From Fimbriosthenelais zetlandica (Eukaryota), in assembly GCA_977030845.1 (NCBI GenBank), contig OZ365116.1, forward strand, positions 4,216,001 through 4,280,000: DNA of 64,000 bases, read 5' to 3'. Made by a program: the position numbers and the translations under genes. The notes beneath the pieces are model-generated. The model made no database searches, was not told the DNA's origin, and saw only the letters and a list, made by a program, of their open reading frames with translations. Shown here piece by piece: positions 52,426 to 64,000 of the stretch (within the stretch, counting starts at the first letter, position 1; the number at the start of each line of letters is the position of its first letter).

Positions 52426-53070
52426 CTATATATACTTTACATATACTTTACGACATATATAGTTCTGATCTATCCTTAAAGGGATATAAAGTGATTTTTC
52501 TGTTGTCTCAGTTGAAAAAAAATCAATTTCTAAATGTGATGATTTGTGAAATACATGGAGGCCGCCATGTTATAGCCAAGATGTTGGATTAGCCAATCAG
52601 AACGAAGGGTGTAGTTCTCGTCTTTTGCACTAGAGGCCACCGTTTCACAGGGTATAGCTAACAAGCAGGAATATCTGATGCTATGATACGAATGTAGTCC
52701 CACGTAATGTAAGTGTTTCATATCACTTTAAATTGGCTGATATTTCTGTCAAAGGAAATTCACTTCAGTGTTGCTATATTCAAGCTGTCTATGACATATA
52801 TTCTGGCAGAGATGAAGAGCTGGGTATGAGGTTTATCTCTCTACTAAGGCATCATTTCACTGAGCTTTTCCAAGGCTCCTTTATGCCTAATAACCATTGT
52901 AAATGATACAGATGGATACTAGGACTCGGGTTACACCAGTAATAATGTCCTATTCCTTTCATGCATATGATCCATTAACTTCTATTTCTGTCCTTCGTTG
53001 GATTTGAAACTGAACATTATGTTAATGGCAACTCAGGAATATTTTGAGTTTTCAAATGTGTGAGTTGCCA

Positions 53071-53234
53071 TTAGTTGACATAAAAATTAGTAGACCAAAA
53101 TTTGAGTAGACATACAAATTAGCAGACATAAAAATTAGTAGACAAAGATTAGTAGACATAAAAATTAGTAGACACAAATTTGAGTAGACATACAAATTAA
53201 CAGACATGAAAATTTGTAGACAAAGATTAGTAGA
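53071..53234. repeat. Minisatellite of 14-17-bp monomers forming two 78-bp higher-order copies
   Basis: Monomer consensus TTAGTAGACATAAAAA. The length pattern 16-15-17-16-14 occurs twice (53071-53148 and 53149-53226), with 6 differences in 78 bp. Confidence 0.9.
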
Positions 53235-56200
53235 AATGCTCTATACATTAAACAAACTGGTTCCAGAGGATTTCTGTGTTGCGGAAAAATCTCACAATAT
53301 CTAAAAGGGTGGTAATAAAAATCAGATATCAATGACAGGTTTGCATTGGCTGGCTGATGTAGCATGATAGGAAATTGATGACATGATGGCAAGGATGACA
53401 TGTCAGACGTCAGTTCTCCTCCCAACCTTCACTCTCATCAATACCTTTTTAATAACACCCTCAAGCTCAACTATAATCAAATCTGAATCATGAAAGCTTT
53501 TCACGAATCTCTCCATGGCAAGCCACAATCACTGACATGACCTGAAGCCATGCTTTCATATTTCTCATCTGACGTTGAGGGCTATTTGATTAAGGTCCGC
53601 TCCAATTCAATGCTTATTAAAGGGTCATATGAAGCTTTTCACTTTGCCAAATGACTGGATGACATCCCTGACCCTGGCCTTTGATTCAGATTGAGCCGGA
53701 GAGGCGCTCCGACTCAGGTGGCCGGGGGAGTGAGGAGAGGCTTGTTTTATGAACGTTATACGACCTTGTCCTGTTTCATTTTGAGTCGGCGCTGTAATAT
53801 AAAGCTCCATGACGTTCATTATTTAATTTCATTGTTAAATTTTGAATGATTTTAGAATGTAAATATTCTAATGTTGCAGACTTTTACAAGGTGTTGCCTT
53901 GTTTTTATGCCAACATGAGCATCGATGGCCTATAGGCAGCCTCGCCTGCTGATTGTCCACCCACTCCCCCTCTCCATATATCCCTCATATATATCATTTA
54001 TATATTGCCTTGAGGGATCTATCCACCAAACTTGATCATGTTATACCAATATTGCCATGACCCCCGGGCTTATGGTGCCAAAAGTCAGACTCTCTGACGG
54101 CAACTGGTCCTTGGCTAATTATGAGAGTGTCAGGCCCACAGCCGTCACTTCACTTAGCCCGCCTCTATCGGGGACCGTGCATTATACATGCTGGCTTTGA
54201 TTCCAGCCTTGCTGAGAGGGTATGGATCATCATTAGACGGGGCAGGTGGGACAGGTAGAATTCCCCATCCCCTGTCACCCACTGTTTGTGGACCTTAACT
54301 CAAACTGACGCTTTAATCCTCAAGTCTTTTGCTGCTGCCAGCTTCTACTCGCCCGGATCTCCCACAGTGGGAGTTATGAGGCTTTATAAGCGGATTACTC
54401 ATTAATCACTCAACCCTTTAATAAAGCAGAACTTTGTCAAGGAGCTTTATCATGCCTTCATTAATACGCTGTATGCTTGATATTCTCATCAAATGGCAGA
54501 GATTGGGATTCATTCTAGTTCTGTTATGATCTCCATATTCCCATAGTGAGCAATATGAAGTTCAAGTTCTCAATAAAATGTCCTTTTCGCCATAACAGAC
54601 CTTTCACATCTTCATCCCACCAAGCTTAATGGTTCATATTTTATATCAATCATAAAAATACATCCTGAAAAGAAGTCCCTAATCCCTATATACTCGACAA
54701 CGTGAAGGGGATTAGGGATCAGTGAATCTGGTTTGGATCCTTTTCCAGTGCACTGTTTATGTTCAATTCCCGGGGGATGGGATCTACCCACGGCCACTCG
54801 CACATGTAGACCATCATGTTATTTAAAGGTTTTAATGGCTACCCGCTTCCATGAGATGTCTGTCCTGCTTTGAAGCAATCATTGGGGATCGTTATAGGTG
54901 GATTGCATGTTCTTGCTTCTGCCTATGAAAGTGTTACCGAAAGCTTTTTATTTCATACGGATGGCAATTTCCTTAGTACTCATGAGTCCACCTCTTCTTC
55001 TCTGTGCTTCTGGTTTTTGATGTGTATATATGTGAGAGTGCCAAGGATGGACTCAATGATGGATTTTTGTCCGCGTGGCATACATTGGTGGAGTTATATC
55101 ACGGGTGGATGTGGCATTAGTAATTGGCAATTTATCCATTACATTAACTCAGTCGTAAATCATCTCTAGTTGGTTTACTATTGATGGAGATGAGTGGATT
55201 TAATTAGTTTTGGGCCATTATATTGGTACCGATCTACAGCACCATACAGTATTACTTATATAGAAAGCATCTGCTTGTTAGAGAAAGCCCTTACTCATGT
55301 TTTTAATCGCTATATTGCCTTTTGATTTATTAACAAGACAACTGCTAACAGTGGGTGTCTTCCTTGGAACAATGCAGCAGTTATCAGAACCAAACCAAGG
55401 CCTGGTGATGTGTTCGTCTATGCTTCATAAATCATGAATTACATCATATAGGAGGAAGATGCCCATCTGCGCACCACATGTCCATTATCCAAGGCTCAAA
55501 GTTGGTGAAATGACTGCCTTGTCCTGTGCCAGTGTATGGATACTCCACTATGTAATAAACACCGTTTTTTGTCCCAAATTGGAAAGAATAATGACTGGCT
55601 CCATTATCTTGAGATGGGATATTTGATCCCAGACTTCATTTCATGCACATTGAAGCCGGGATGGTTCCATCGTATTTCATAATATAGCGAGTCACACACA
55701 ATGACTTGGAAGCTAGATCCATTGTTTGGTTTCTACGAGGAGAAATGATTAATAAACCCAAGCCGATAATAAATGTCAGCTTCATATGAACTTTTGAGAA
55801 ACATCACCTCCATTTTAACCGTACTTTATTTGACTTCCGGTACCAACTTTCTTATACCGCGCACTAAAGTGACACTTGTGGACCATCCCCTCCTTCCCCC
55901 CTATACAGCAGGTAAATATAATTGAGTGGGGTGCTTAAGGTATTGCCATTCTCTCCCTATATCCAGGATAATGTCTGTTACGGTTGTAAATTCATATTAG
56001 GCAAAGAGTGGAAGCGTGTAGCAAGGCCAACTCTAACAGAGCCTCGATTACCTCCCAGTTCAGGCTGACAGTCCTACTGATGGCAAGCATAAGGTCTAAA
56101 TACCTTATTGAATATGATCCAAAATAACTGGAAGTGTGACCATCTTTCCACCCAGAGTTCCTTTTGTAAAATGCTTGGAAATGCTTCAGAAAAGTCAGCC

Positions 56201-59110
56201 ATAAGGGGTAGCCGCAACAAAATCACAACACTCGCAAGGCAGAAGACCCTCAGTGGAGGCATGCACCCCAATAGTGATTCTAATGGGGAGCAGAGCTCAG
56301 CTGGCGGAGGCTGAGAGTGCATTAGGACTGGTTATATCCACCAATCTTACTCATCTGTGTCGATGTAGTCTTCAATCTGGGCACACCCAAAGCTCACAAT
56401 GTTCACAATGTCTGCAGGACAGTCAAAATGTCATCTCCAGGGTCAAAGGCAATGTTCAATCCATCTTGAAATGTGTCATATTTTCTTTATGGAATCTTTG
56501 ATGGCCAAAAGCGCATCAAGGATCTAGCATTCGAAAGCATCTGTGTCTTCTGCCTTACTATGCGAGTTGCGGTAGAAAGTTAGCAACACTTTTTACAAGA
56601 CCAACTTTGACAGTCTCATGTTCAATGTTGTATTGAGAAGGATAGAGTTTGGCTTTCACCATGCTGCAACTAATCGGTTTTACTAAGGATGCAATTATAT
56701 TCTTCACTCAAATGCTTTCTGAAGTTCCATTCAAGCAATGTTTACAATGAAAACAAAACCTCTCAATCTCTCTGAAAAAACAGAGGCTTATCTATTTCAA
56801 TAGAACTTCTACTCCCACAGCGCTGGGAGGCCCATTCAAGCGAAGCTTGCATTGAATTGGTTCAAATTGGAAATAAACTCCCGAGGGCTTTCACTTGAGT
56901 TTTTACTAAATGTGCTGGAAAACCTGGACCCCTGTGACCAGTTTGTATAGATGGGATGGAGGCGCCATATTGGCAATGCTGGATGTGAGGTGGGCTATAT
57001 ACAATCAATACTGGTGATAGAGAGAAAGCCTCCACCACCACCAGCACCCCAGTCTACCAGGTTTTTGTTCTTGTTTGAATGGCATGATTCTGTTGCTGTT
57101 TCACCACTGAGAACACGTGATTTAGACGTGAGGATGATGTTTACTGGCATGACTGATTCCCGCCAAGATGAGGGAAATCAGAGTTGGTGAAGCTGCTATT
57201 GGCAGTATTTGTTTTTCACACGGTTTACCCATATCCACGCGGCGGGGGTGGTGGGAGATGGATGGGAGACGGACTGGTCATCATCCAGTATTATGGACGA
57301 GCAATGGTTGGATTATCATGTCCATGTTACGATGGCGGACTTCTTGTTGACATTTGTCGGTCATGCTCAGTCGTGCGACTAATCTGGCCGTGTGACTTGA
57401 CTATCGCCATCACTCCGTGTTTCCCACAGAAGCAAGTTTCCGTGAAAAAACTCGTCTGTTCTGTGATGGATGTTGTTATTTGTGTTTGCACCATGGAGCA
57501 TCACGACACCTCTATTTATCCTGGTCACACTGAACCGATTATATAACAAGCCTGAGGCAATACAGCGAGCTATCAGTAGTTAGAGAAAAGCTTCATGGAC
57601 TAGATGTAACTTATATGCTCTGATCATGCGATTGACCTATACAACACTCCAGAGACTGCTTTATCATTCCCCTATTTCCATATACTGCTCACTGCTTTAA
57701 ATGTGACTTATATTGGTCCTAAACAAGTGAATGGATTTAAGAGATCATTGGCAATATTCACTGAAGCATACCAATGCTTTCCTGTCATTAACCTTTGTTG
57801 AACACTGTCCCTATCTCCTATGGAAGGGAAGACTACAAATACATAGACGGTAATTGGTGTCATTCACATGTAATTAACCTCAGGTTAATTTAGGATATTC
57901 AATCTGACAATGGAGAATCCCCGAAGATGTACAATCACTTCTTGTCTCTTCTCTTGTCTCTTCCTCTCCCCTCTTCTCTTCCATTGCCCACTCATTTCAG
58001 CTTTGATGACGCCAATGGCCGCCATCCATGGAAACACTTTAAGTCAGAAGACAAGACTGGTGGCCGCATCCATCCTCATCCCCGTCCACCCTCTACATAT
58101 GTCATGAAGGCCCAATCAACAGCTATTTCACCTTACCCTGTGGGTCATGGATCATCTTGTCCCTGCCTCTCTATTACCCTGACTAGATCTGCTCACATTA
58201 GCTCCTATTGGCCTCGCCCACCAACTCACCACTCGCTCGTGTCCTGAATTCACAGATACTCATTCCCAATACTCGCTCCCTTATATGCCAAGTGCCTCGG
58301 ACACAGCAAGTTCTGTCCGCTTAGGGTAGGCGTTGTCACATCGGAAGGTACTGATCAATCTTCATTTGAGGGTGCTTGACATCGGGGCTAAACATTGAGA
58401 GAAGTCGGAGGTGGAGAAAGCTCACTAGGCGAGGGAGAGGAAGACATGTAAAGATTCTAATGACTCGGGAGTGAATTAAAAGTCTCTCCTGGTGTAATTT
58501 GGGAAGGGCTGAACGTGACTTGACATTGGATGATTGGGTCTTATTAGGTGTGGCCGGTGGCAGGCCTTTGAGAAAGAAGAGGTCTTGGCTCGGCTGAGAG
58601 CAGGTATTTTGTTGCCAACTAGAATAACCTCAGAGCATTAAGAATTGACTTGAGTAATTGCCGTATAAAATGTTTCTACTATATAGCGCCTTTCGCTCAG
58701 GACTAGTGGTAGTAAATTGCTGGCAGTTTGTCACAATGAGGGAGGCAGCTGTAATTGTATGTCTGCTCCTTCCCACCTGTAGAATTTGTGTAAACAATCA
58801 GTATCCCGCTCCTCCAGGTGGCTTCCATCCATACCTGCCTGCCTTTGTTTTTGTCAGTGACGGGTAGGTGGCAGTGCTGCAGGTGTGACTGGTGCTCTTC
58901 TAGGTTAATTAGCTTCACACCTCCATACCCTGGAGGAAGTGCTAATGTACAGGAAGTGCTAGGGAAAGACAAGCATGCCTAAAGCCGAGTGTAAAACGGT
59001 ACGAAGACTGCAGGCTGGTATCTGATACTCTCCTGGTGCGAGGAGAAAAAAGGCAAATGAATGAGACTAATGAGATGTGTTGACACAATATCGATCCATC
59101 TTTCTTTCAG

Positions 59111-59125
59111 ATGCGATAATTCTGT
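59111..59125 (+). other. Candidate 15-nt microexon
   Basis: CCATCTTTCTTTCAG|ATGCGATAATTCTGT|GTGAGT, with TTGAC branch candidate at 59080-59084. Length is a multiple of 3 and it is open in phases 1 and 2. Confidence 0.45.
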
Positions 59126-62100
59126 GTGAGTTTATCTCGGATTTATTGCCTTTCTCGGTTGAAGAATTATTAGATACGTTTGGAAATTATTTTTAATCCT
59201 TGGACTTAAAAGCTACTTCTGTAGTTTTCTCTCAAAGCAATGGAATTGGAAATCCTGAAAGATGAATTAAATTTATTTTGCTGACAAATCAAGAAATTCG
59301 AATTTATTCGTCTTTTCTCGACCAGCAATAACCACCTTCTTTAAAATAGAAATTTAAATGTTTCGTGGTACAAAGGGACTCGGAAGGAATGATGGAACGC
59401 TGGGCTTTTAAAGAAATCAAAGCATCTTGGGCCTTGGACGATGACAATTGAACCCATGAGGAGCAGGGATATCTGATTATTCAGCAGATTAGAGAGGGTC
59501 AAAAGGGGCTCTCAGGGATGAAGTGTTAGGTAGAACTAATGTTATTTGTCGCTGAGACTTGATTCAAAGAGGCCAACCCTTGGGACCTCCCTTTACAAGA
59601 GGAACCTTAGGATGTAGGCGAAGAAAGGTGTGTTTACTTATTTAGGTAGGGAATTAAGGCATTCACTGTCACCTGGATAATTAGATTTGGCAGGAAATGG
59701 GATTGCCAAGGAGGGAAGGCCTAGCATTACAATGGCCTGAATCTCCTCCCATTGGGTACATGCTCCTATAGGGCTACCCCCTATTCACACCCTGGCCTGA
59801 GGATATCCCCGACCCTGTGTCAACACGGATTAGACGGATTAGACTAGGGGGATTAAAAGTAACAATACAACCTGATGAATCTCTTCTGTAGATCATTCTA
59901 ATAAAATGTCGTTCGAAAAAGCTTTCAAATCAAGCGGGATGTACATTGTGAATTAGTCCTTTCAGAGTGTCAAACTTAATCTATTGCCTCTTGATAATAC
60001 AAGTGTATTGCCTTAATCAGATAATTCACAAAGTAAGTTGGATTGAATGCTTCAACGACAGGAAATGTATCCTCCAATTCATGCTCATTTCTCTCCTTAA
60101 ATCTCCAGCATAAATCTTGTCTGTGTGGTCTCAGAAAAAAACTTAAAAGTGAATCTTATTAGAGTGATCAACGAGAGCTCTCGTGGAGTGATGAACCTTT
60201 CATTGAGCCCCGTCCTGGGTGGGAGTCAGAGTAGAGTTGAACCACAGTCCTATTACTGGACTCGGATACCGTGACGTCCCATGACCTTACGATCACATCT
60301 CTTACCCTTATAACCCCGCTTCTGAAAGGTCATCCTGATGCCCATTTTGATAACATTGGGGAACTAGTGACCCTTTGCTCTGGCTAGGTCCCACCTCTGT
60401 CCCTCGACCAAGGCATTGAATTGCAATCGTGAAATTGAATGTGTTGAATCGATGAGATAAAGTCAATAGCAACAATGACATTGGTGATTTTTTGAGGTAA
60501 AAACCAGTGTTAAGTGGGCGGTTTGTGTGGCTGGAGGATTGGACAGAGTCTCATTGCTGGCTTGTATCTACCCCCAAATAACAAAGCCCATCTCAGTATG
60601 AGGGATCAGGCGACCCTGGGGACATATGCAGATTGCCCATTACTGGGAATATACTGTGTTCCAGACAGTGTTAGGGGTCAGCAGGGAAGCAGACCCACCG
60701 GGACGCCTCGTAATGACCTCTGGTCCAATATCATAATGGATAGTCGCTGAGGAATAACCAAATGCTTTGTAATCCACTATGATGCTGCACAATTGCCCCG
60801 CCCTAAGCTTGTTATCTACCGCCAAGACTGCGCTAAAGTTCGCAGTATATCGCAGTGAAAGTCTCATGAACATGAGGGTTTTCTTCATAAATCTGATCGT
60901 ATGATACATCTGCTTCCGTACGTGATTCATGGGAGGTGTCCTTACATGTATATTGTCAGAGGTCCTAAATGTACAGCCATCGGAAGTGATAAAGAAGTAT
61001 ACATTGACCTTTACCGAGAGACCTCGGGTCATAATCATTTCCCTGGCCATAAGTATATCAGTGAATGTTGAATACCCCCAGAGAGTCGGGCAATTATCTT
61101 CAATTCTTATCCTATTTTCTCCTCCTTCTGGGAGTACATTGGAGTACAGATTATTTCCACTATTTTATGGTTATTTTTACATAAAGCTATAAATAATTCC
61201 CCACTGATAATCCAACAGGCTGACTTGTACATTCTGTCATTTCCTGTGGAAGCCACTTCTTCGGAACCGGGAAGCCACTCCAAATGGCACGAAGTCATTT
61301 GGGAGGTTGGACTGAGAAAGACAGTGGAGCACGGATAGACCTCGTGTGGTATGAGCTATATCTAACCTTCCCTCGTGGTAGATAGAAGTAGCCAACTCCC
61401 CTGAGGCAGAAGCCATAAGATAACCAGCTGGAAGGTTGATTCCCTGCGGGCATTGTTATCTCTGTATATAGCCTGCCCCGGAGTAATCTCCATGGTCCAC
61501 ATCACCCCTGTGTAGTGCCACAGAGGGAAATCTTGTCCAAAGGAAATTCAAGTATCTCCTACATGTTTTCTTCCCTTGAGACTTCACAGAAATCCCCTGC
61601 ATTTAAAGGAGTATCCCCTTAAGATTTTACAAATTCGAGGGTGGATTTTCATACGGGTACTGTTCAATGTCTTTATGAGTCTCTTCATTGCTTTAAATTC
61701 ATGATAAGACTTGCAGCCTCTTATCTTTGACTACTGTTTATATGACCTTGGCCATTGTAAAACAGCATAATGTTGTACATCTGAGCATTTAGAAAACAGC
61801 AGCTCTGCTCAGAACTGTACTGTTTTTTCACCAGGTAGCAATTCAAATCAGCAGTCAGTTGGACTGTTGCTTTATTGGTCTCTTGTTCTTTGATTGTTTT
61901 CTTGTCCAGATTAATGTCATACCTGGTTGAAATACATCCTGAACACATCTGGCTCGTCTCTTCAATACCTTCTAAGGACGCTTATTGCCAAACTTGCTGC
62001 AAATCAGATATAGATTCATGTATATATGAGTATAGGGGGAGGTTTATTTGACAGTGTCATATGATATTTACTGATGTACCAACAACTAGACCCAGTCCCA

Positions 62101-63159
62101 GCAACAATAACCATGAGATTCATTTTATGGTAATAAGCAGGCTACCCGGGAAGCCACTTGAGATTACCAGGACTACCTATATGGCTTCTGCCCGCCTCCC
62201 TCGGTCCTCATTACCTTTGCATATGGCTTTAACTCCGGGATGTGAAGAGGGATCTAGAGGGGCATCACCTCAACTAATGGATGCTAGACCTCCCAACAAA
62301 AGGTGCCATGGCGCAAAATATTATTACCAATTTTAGTATTTAAGATTTGCACAACGACGAAAGCTGTGCAATAAAAATCTCTTGAAACTCCAATAGTAAG
62401 TCAATGAGAAACTTTGAGTTCTAACATGTTTATACATTTAAAAAATATAACAAAAGTGGAACTACTTTTCCTGTCTATATGACTGCCCTTGACTGAGAGT
62501 GAGATATTGAAAACAAGCGTTTAAAAAACAGGTGTTTCTAGGCAGGGCAGTATCTTGTGTTTTTGTTGGCACTTCATGACAAAGATAGAGTCAGGAATTA
62601 ATTTTGTATTACTCACACACCTTGACCCTGAGCCTGCTGTCGTAGCAGGCTGCCTATAGCAGAGCCAGGGTGTCAGGCACCGAGCATGGGTCACATTCTC
62701 AATCAATCAAAAATGTAAAGACTCATAGTTGGTATTCACCTCCCCATCTCCTGCCCCTTCCAGCTTCTCCCACACACAACCAGTCTATTCATCCTCCATC
62801 TTCAATTTTCACTTGCTCCACAAACATCCTTTGTTGTCCACTCATACTTTCGCGATTGTGAAAACCTGACAAGAAAAAGTTTATTATTTCTAAAGTGTTT
62901 CAGAACCTCAGAGAGATGTGAAGAATATATATCGCCTGGATTCTTTCAAGTGACTTTGCAAGAAAACATGAGCTTCAAACAGGACTTCCTCTTCTTCTTC
63001 AGAGCTTCTGTCACTAATGAATGTCATTGTTTGACCTTCAATGATCCTGAATTACCGGGAGCCTTTCTACGCTTTACTAGTCATTGTGAGCTTTACCTAC
63101 GTCTTTCTTAAACTCTTTCATGTAACACAAAAAATTCACGAGATATCTTCTTCCTTTAG

Positions 63160-63183
63160 TTTAGACATCTGCCTGTGTGCAGA
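63160..63183 (+). other. Candidate 24-nt microexon
   Basis: TATCTTCTTCCTTTAG|TTTAGACATCTGCCTGTGTGCAGA|GTAAGC. An alternative AG at 63163-63164 would give 19 nt. Confidence 0.28.
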
Positions 63184-64000
63184 GTAAGCTTCTCTGATAT
63201 TCAACAAAGATTTCACAGAAAGTGTTCATAATTTATGAACATTCAGTTCTAGCGCATACTAGGCTGTACGTATGGTTATATATGTCTTATTCATATATTC
63301 CTTTATTCCTCGCTCTAGAAGTTTCACCCTGGGACTTTTGCCTATAGATTATTAATTGGATTCTGCTCGTTTGGGATTCACTTGGGCGGTATCGCGTGAG
63401 GGTCCATTTGTTTCACCAATGTCCCGTCCCTGTACCCACCACAGAATGTTGAACCATCATTATACAATGACAAATGAGGCCTCCTCCCAACTATCCTCGC
63501 ATCTGCATTTACCTTCTTTGTTCTCTTGAGTCTAGAGAAATTTTCGCATCACATTTTCTTATTTCTCTGCACTTAACTTTTCAAGTTCTTCGCAAAGGGA
63601 GATGATGGATCAGCTGCCTAGGGTAGCTGGTGTGATGCATCGATGCTGGCCTAGCCGGCAAGGAGAGGCTTGTGTTGCGGCTGAGTTTTGATTCTGTCAT
63701 TCCTGCTTTAATATCATTCATTTTGTGAAAAATAACATCAGCTTCCCAGACGAGGGCATCAATCAAAAACAGAGATTCCCATCTACTTTCCTTACAAATA
63801 ACTTGTCATTTAAAAAGCAAGGTTTCACATTAGTCAGTACCCCTCCATTGTACATACAGTCGAGTGCTTTGTATTCTGAATGTATGGTATTGTTTTAGTT
63901 GTATAACTGTGTTATCGAAAAGAAAACACTTTATGTTTGTCGAATAGTATACATATATTAAATGGATGAGTGGGAGTTGAAGGCACTTCCACCCTTTGGT

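Larger units (their letters stand above)
1..64000 (+). other. Interior of a very long intron region of an unidentified + strand gene
   Basis: No recognisable ORF in 64 kb. All strong composite splice signals I found are on the + strand, and recognisable LINE relics are antisense. No flanking constitutive exon was identified. Confidence 0.65.

Noticed and set aside
55885-55945. CAGCAG|GTAAAT with AAG|GTATTG 28 nt later
   Set aside because: Both donors are weak and the tract is C-rich with a tandem acceptor.
58180-58201. TGACTAGAT, matching the 5' end of the miR-279 family
   Set aside because: The 3' part does not match and no clean precursor hairpin forms.
59625-59651. TTTACTTATTTAG|GTAGGG, and similar sites at 28423 (GTGCGT) and 61835 (GTAGCA)
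   Set aside because: Weak donor or tract and no good second donor downstream.
60021-60032. 12-nt microexon candidate ending AAA|GTAAGT
   Set aside because: Short tract with a competing AG 17 nt upstream.
1-64000. CRISPR arrays, operons, rRNA, tRNA, snRNA or conserved miRNA genes
   Set aside because: None seen; the sequence is eukaryotic and non-coding in character.

Overview
AT-rich, visibly CpG-poor eukaryotic DNA with no credible protein-coding ORF (longest 139 aa, none recognisable). It reads as the interior of a very long intron region of a gene on the + strand. The organism is probably a non-Drosophila, non-mammalian animal, possibly a marine invertebrate (weak inference). The main signal is four + strand zero-length-exon (ratchet / recursive splice) sites, each with branch point, polypyrimidine tract and YAG|GTRAG. 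Junctions are at 9403/9404, 25723/25724, 35312/35313 and 52370/52371, spaced 16.3, 9.6 and 17.1 kb apart. Each is followed 36-55 nt downstream by a second perfect GTRAGT donor, defining a short cryptic RS-exon as in Drosophila and vertebrate recursive splicing; three of the four cryptic exons have stops in all three frames. By eye I found no equally strong site on the - strand. Also present are candidate + strand micro/cassette exons (15, 24 and 51 nt), decayed CR1/L2-like LINE relics on the - strand, a two-copy 78-bp higher-order minisatellite, G-quadruplex tracts, a (CT)18 microsatellite and small clusters of transcription-factor motifs. The host gene cannot be identified from this window.
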